Below, one piece after another: positions 57,948 to 60,000 of a stretch of DNA of 60,000 nucleotides. Positions within the stretch are counted from its first letter, which is position 1; each line of letters starts with the position of its first letter. Source of the stretch: Lytechinus pictus. Its lineage: Eukaryota. The DNA is taken from assembly GCF_037042905.1 (NCBI RefSeq), contig NC_087251.1, positions 47,060,001 through 47,120,000 of the forward strand. The letters run 5' to 3'. The translations under genes and the position numbers were made by a program. The notes beneath the pieces are model-generated. The model saw nothing but the letters and a program-made list of their open reading frames with translations, was not told the DNA's origin and searched no databases.

Positions 57948-60000
57948 TTACTTCTTTTCTAGTCCATTCTGCTTCTTATCCATCCCCTTTGGATTCCACA
58001 TCTCCCTTTTTACTTCATTCTCCATCACCTCCTCTTGCTCTAAATCCAGCTTCTCCCGACGAACCCCTTTCTCCTGCTCCACTTGCTGCTCCCCTTCTAC
58101 CTCCTCCTGCTGGTGGTACTCCCCTTCTACCTCCTCCTGCTGGTGGTACTCCCCTTCTACCTCCTCCTGCTGGTGGTACTCCTCTTCTACCTCCTCCTGC
58201 TGGTGGTACTCCCCTTCTACCTCCTCCTGCTGGTGGTACTCCTCTTCTACCTCCTCCTGCTGGTGGTACTCCTCTTCTACCTCCTCCTGCTGGTGGTACT
58301 CCCCTTCTACCTCCTCCTGCTGGTGGTACTCCCCTTCTACCTCCTCCTGCTGGTGGTACTCCCCTTCTACCTCCTCCTGCTGGTGGTACTCCTCTTCTAC
58401 CTCCTCCTGCTGGTGGTACTCCTCTTCTACCTCCTCCTGCTGGTGGTACTCCTCTTCTACCTCCTCTTCTACCTCCTCCTGTTGGTGGCCTCTTCTACCT
58501 CCTCCTGCTGGTGGTACTCCTCTTCTACCTCCTCCTGCTGGTGGTACTCCACTTCTACCTCCTCCTACTGGTGGTACTCCTCTTCTACCTCCTCCTGCTG
58601 GTGGTACTCCTCTTCTACCTCCTCCTGTTGGTGGTACTCCCCTTCTACCTCCTCCTGCTGGTGGTACTCTCCTTCTACCTGCTGCTGCTGGTGGTACTCC
58701 CCTTCTACCTCCCCCTGCTGGTGGTACTCATCTTCTACCTGCCCCTGTTGGTGGTACTCCTCTTCTACCTCCTCCTGTTGGTGGTACTCCTCTTCTACCT
58801 CCTCCTGTTGGTGGTACTCCTCTTCTACCTCCTCCTGCTGGTGGTACTCCCCTTCTACCTCCCCCTGCTGGTGGTACTCCTCTTCTACCTCCTCCTGCTG
58901 GTGGTACTCCTCTTCTACCTCCTCCTGCTGGTGGTACTCCCCTTCTACCTCCTCCTGCTGGTGGTACTCTCCTTCTACCTCCTGCTGCTGGTGGTACTCC
59001 CCTTCTACCTCCCCCTGCTGGTGGTACTCCACTTCTACCTCCTCCTGCTGGTGGTACTCTCCTTCTACCTCCTCCTGTTGGTGGTACTCCTCTTCTACCT
59101 CCTCCTGTTGGTGGTACTCCCCTTCTACCTCCTCCTGCTGGTGGTACTCTCCTTCTACCTGCTGCTGCTGGTGGTACTCCCCTTCTACCTCCCCCTGCTG
59201 GTGGTACTCCTCTTCTACCTCCCCCTGTTGGTGGTACTCCTCTTCTACCTCCTCCTGTTGGTGGTACTCCTCTTCTACCTCCTCCTGTTGGTGGTACTCC
59301 TCTTCTACCTCCTCCTGCTGGTGGTACTCCTCTTCTACCTCCTCCTGCTGGTGGTACTCCCCTTCTACCTCCTCCTGCTGGTGGTACTCTCCTTCTACCT
59401 CCTGCTGCTGGTGGTACTCCCCTTCTACCTCCCCCTGCTGGTGGTACTCCACTTCTACCTCCTCCTGCTGGTGGTACTCTCCTTCTACCTCCTGCTGCTG
59501 GTGGTACTCCCCTTCTACCTCCCCCTGCTGGTGGTACTCCTCTTCTACCTCCTCTTCTACCTCCTCCTGCTGGTGGTACTCCTCTTCTACCTCCTCCTGC
59601 TGGTGGTACTCCTCTTCTACCTCCTCTTCTACCTCCTCCTGTTGGTGGTACTCCTCTTCTACCTCCTCCTGTTGGTGGTACTCCCCTTCTACCTCCTCCT
59701 GCTGGTGGTACTCTCCTTCTACCTCCTGCTGCTGGTGGTACTCCCCTTCTACCTCCCCCTGCTGATGGTACTCCTCTTCTACCTCCTCTTCTACGGCCTG
59801 TTGGTGGTACTCCTCTTCTACCTCCTCCTGCTGGTGGTACTCCCCTCCTACCTCCTCCTGCTGGTGGTACTCTCCTTCTACCTCCTGCTGCTGGTGGTAC
59901 TCCCCTTCTACCTCCCCCTGCTGGTGGTACTCCACTTCTACCTCCTGCTGCTGGTGGTACTCCACTTCTACCTCCTCCTACTGGTGGTACTCCTCTTCTA
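57948..60000 (-). CDS. 3' part of a probable convergent gene: at least 683 open codons, (VPPAGGGRRG)n then (EYHQQEEVE[G/E])n and a unique tail ending ...GLEKK*; product unknown
   Basis: The frame is stop-free from the window edge to TAA at 57950-57948. A purine-rich unique tail follows the repeat, with minus-strand AATAAA signals downstream (about 57928-57941 and 57801-57806). It is not in the ORF track because it has no start codon in the window. Confidence 0.5.
58083..60000. repeat. 30-bp minisatellite (CTCCTCCTGCTGGTGGTACTCC[C/T]CTTCTAC), about 63 units, running past the window end
   Basis: Directly visible tandem array with occasional 12-bp internal duplications and one 4-bp deletion. 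Confidence 0.98.

Noticed and set aside
58083..59765. 560-aa + strand ORF (LLLVVLPFYL / SSCWWYSPST repeats)
   Set aside because: By-product of the 30-bp minisatellite: TTG start, implausible composition, no supporting gene context. The flanking sequence and poly(A) signals point to the minus strand.
58565..59965. 466-aa minus-strand EYHQQEEVEE ORF as a stand-alone gene
   Set aside because: It starts at an internal GTG of a repeat unit and is bracketed by in-frame TAGs (59980-59978, 58567-58565). The adjacent VPPAGGGRRG frame is the uninterrupted one.
58083..60000. CRISPR-like array
   Set aside because: Head-to-tail repeats with no unique spacers, no cas genes, and a eukaryotic context.

Overview
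This is eukaryotic, AT-rich, repeat-dense genomic DNA; the repeat style suggests an echinoderm such as a sea urchin (inference). Most of the window is one + strand multi-exon gene, an ARID4A/B (RBBP1-like) chromatin regulator. I traced 19 coding exons with GT-AG junctions and consistent phases from 1387 to 47345 (4590 nt, 1529 aa): Tudor, RBB1NT/PWWP-like, ARID, chromobarrel, a long E/R/K helix, an acidic/basic linker and the C-terminal R2 coiled coil. The introns and 3' region hold many non-autonomous DNA transposons with readable TIRs and TSDs (PIF/Harbinger-, hAT-, Kolobok- and Sola-like), Helentron-associated (HINE/Tsp-like) elements, a decayed LINE and a tRNA-derived SINE, often nested. 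The right end is the 3' end of a probable convergent minus-strand gene built on a 30-bp minisatellite. Its only stop-free minus-strand frame is missing from the ORF track: it encodes (VPPAGGGRRG)n and switches to (EYHQQEEVEG)n at a 4-bp deletion. I found no prokaryotic-type system such as CRISPR or a defence locus.
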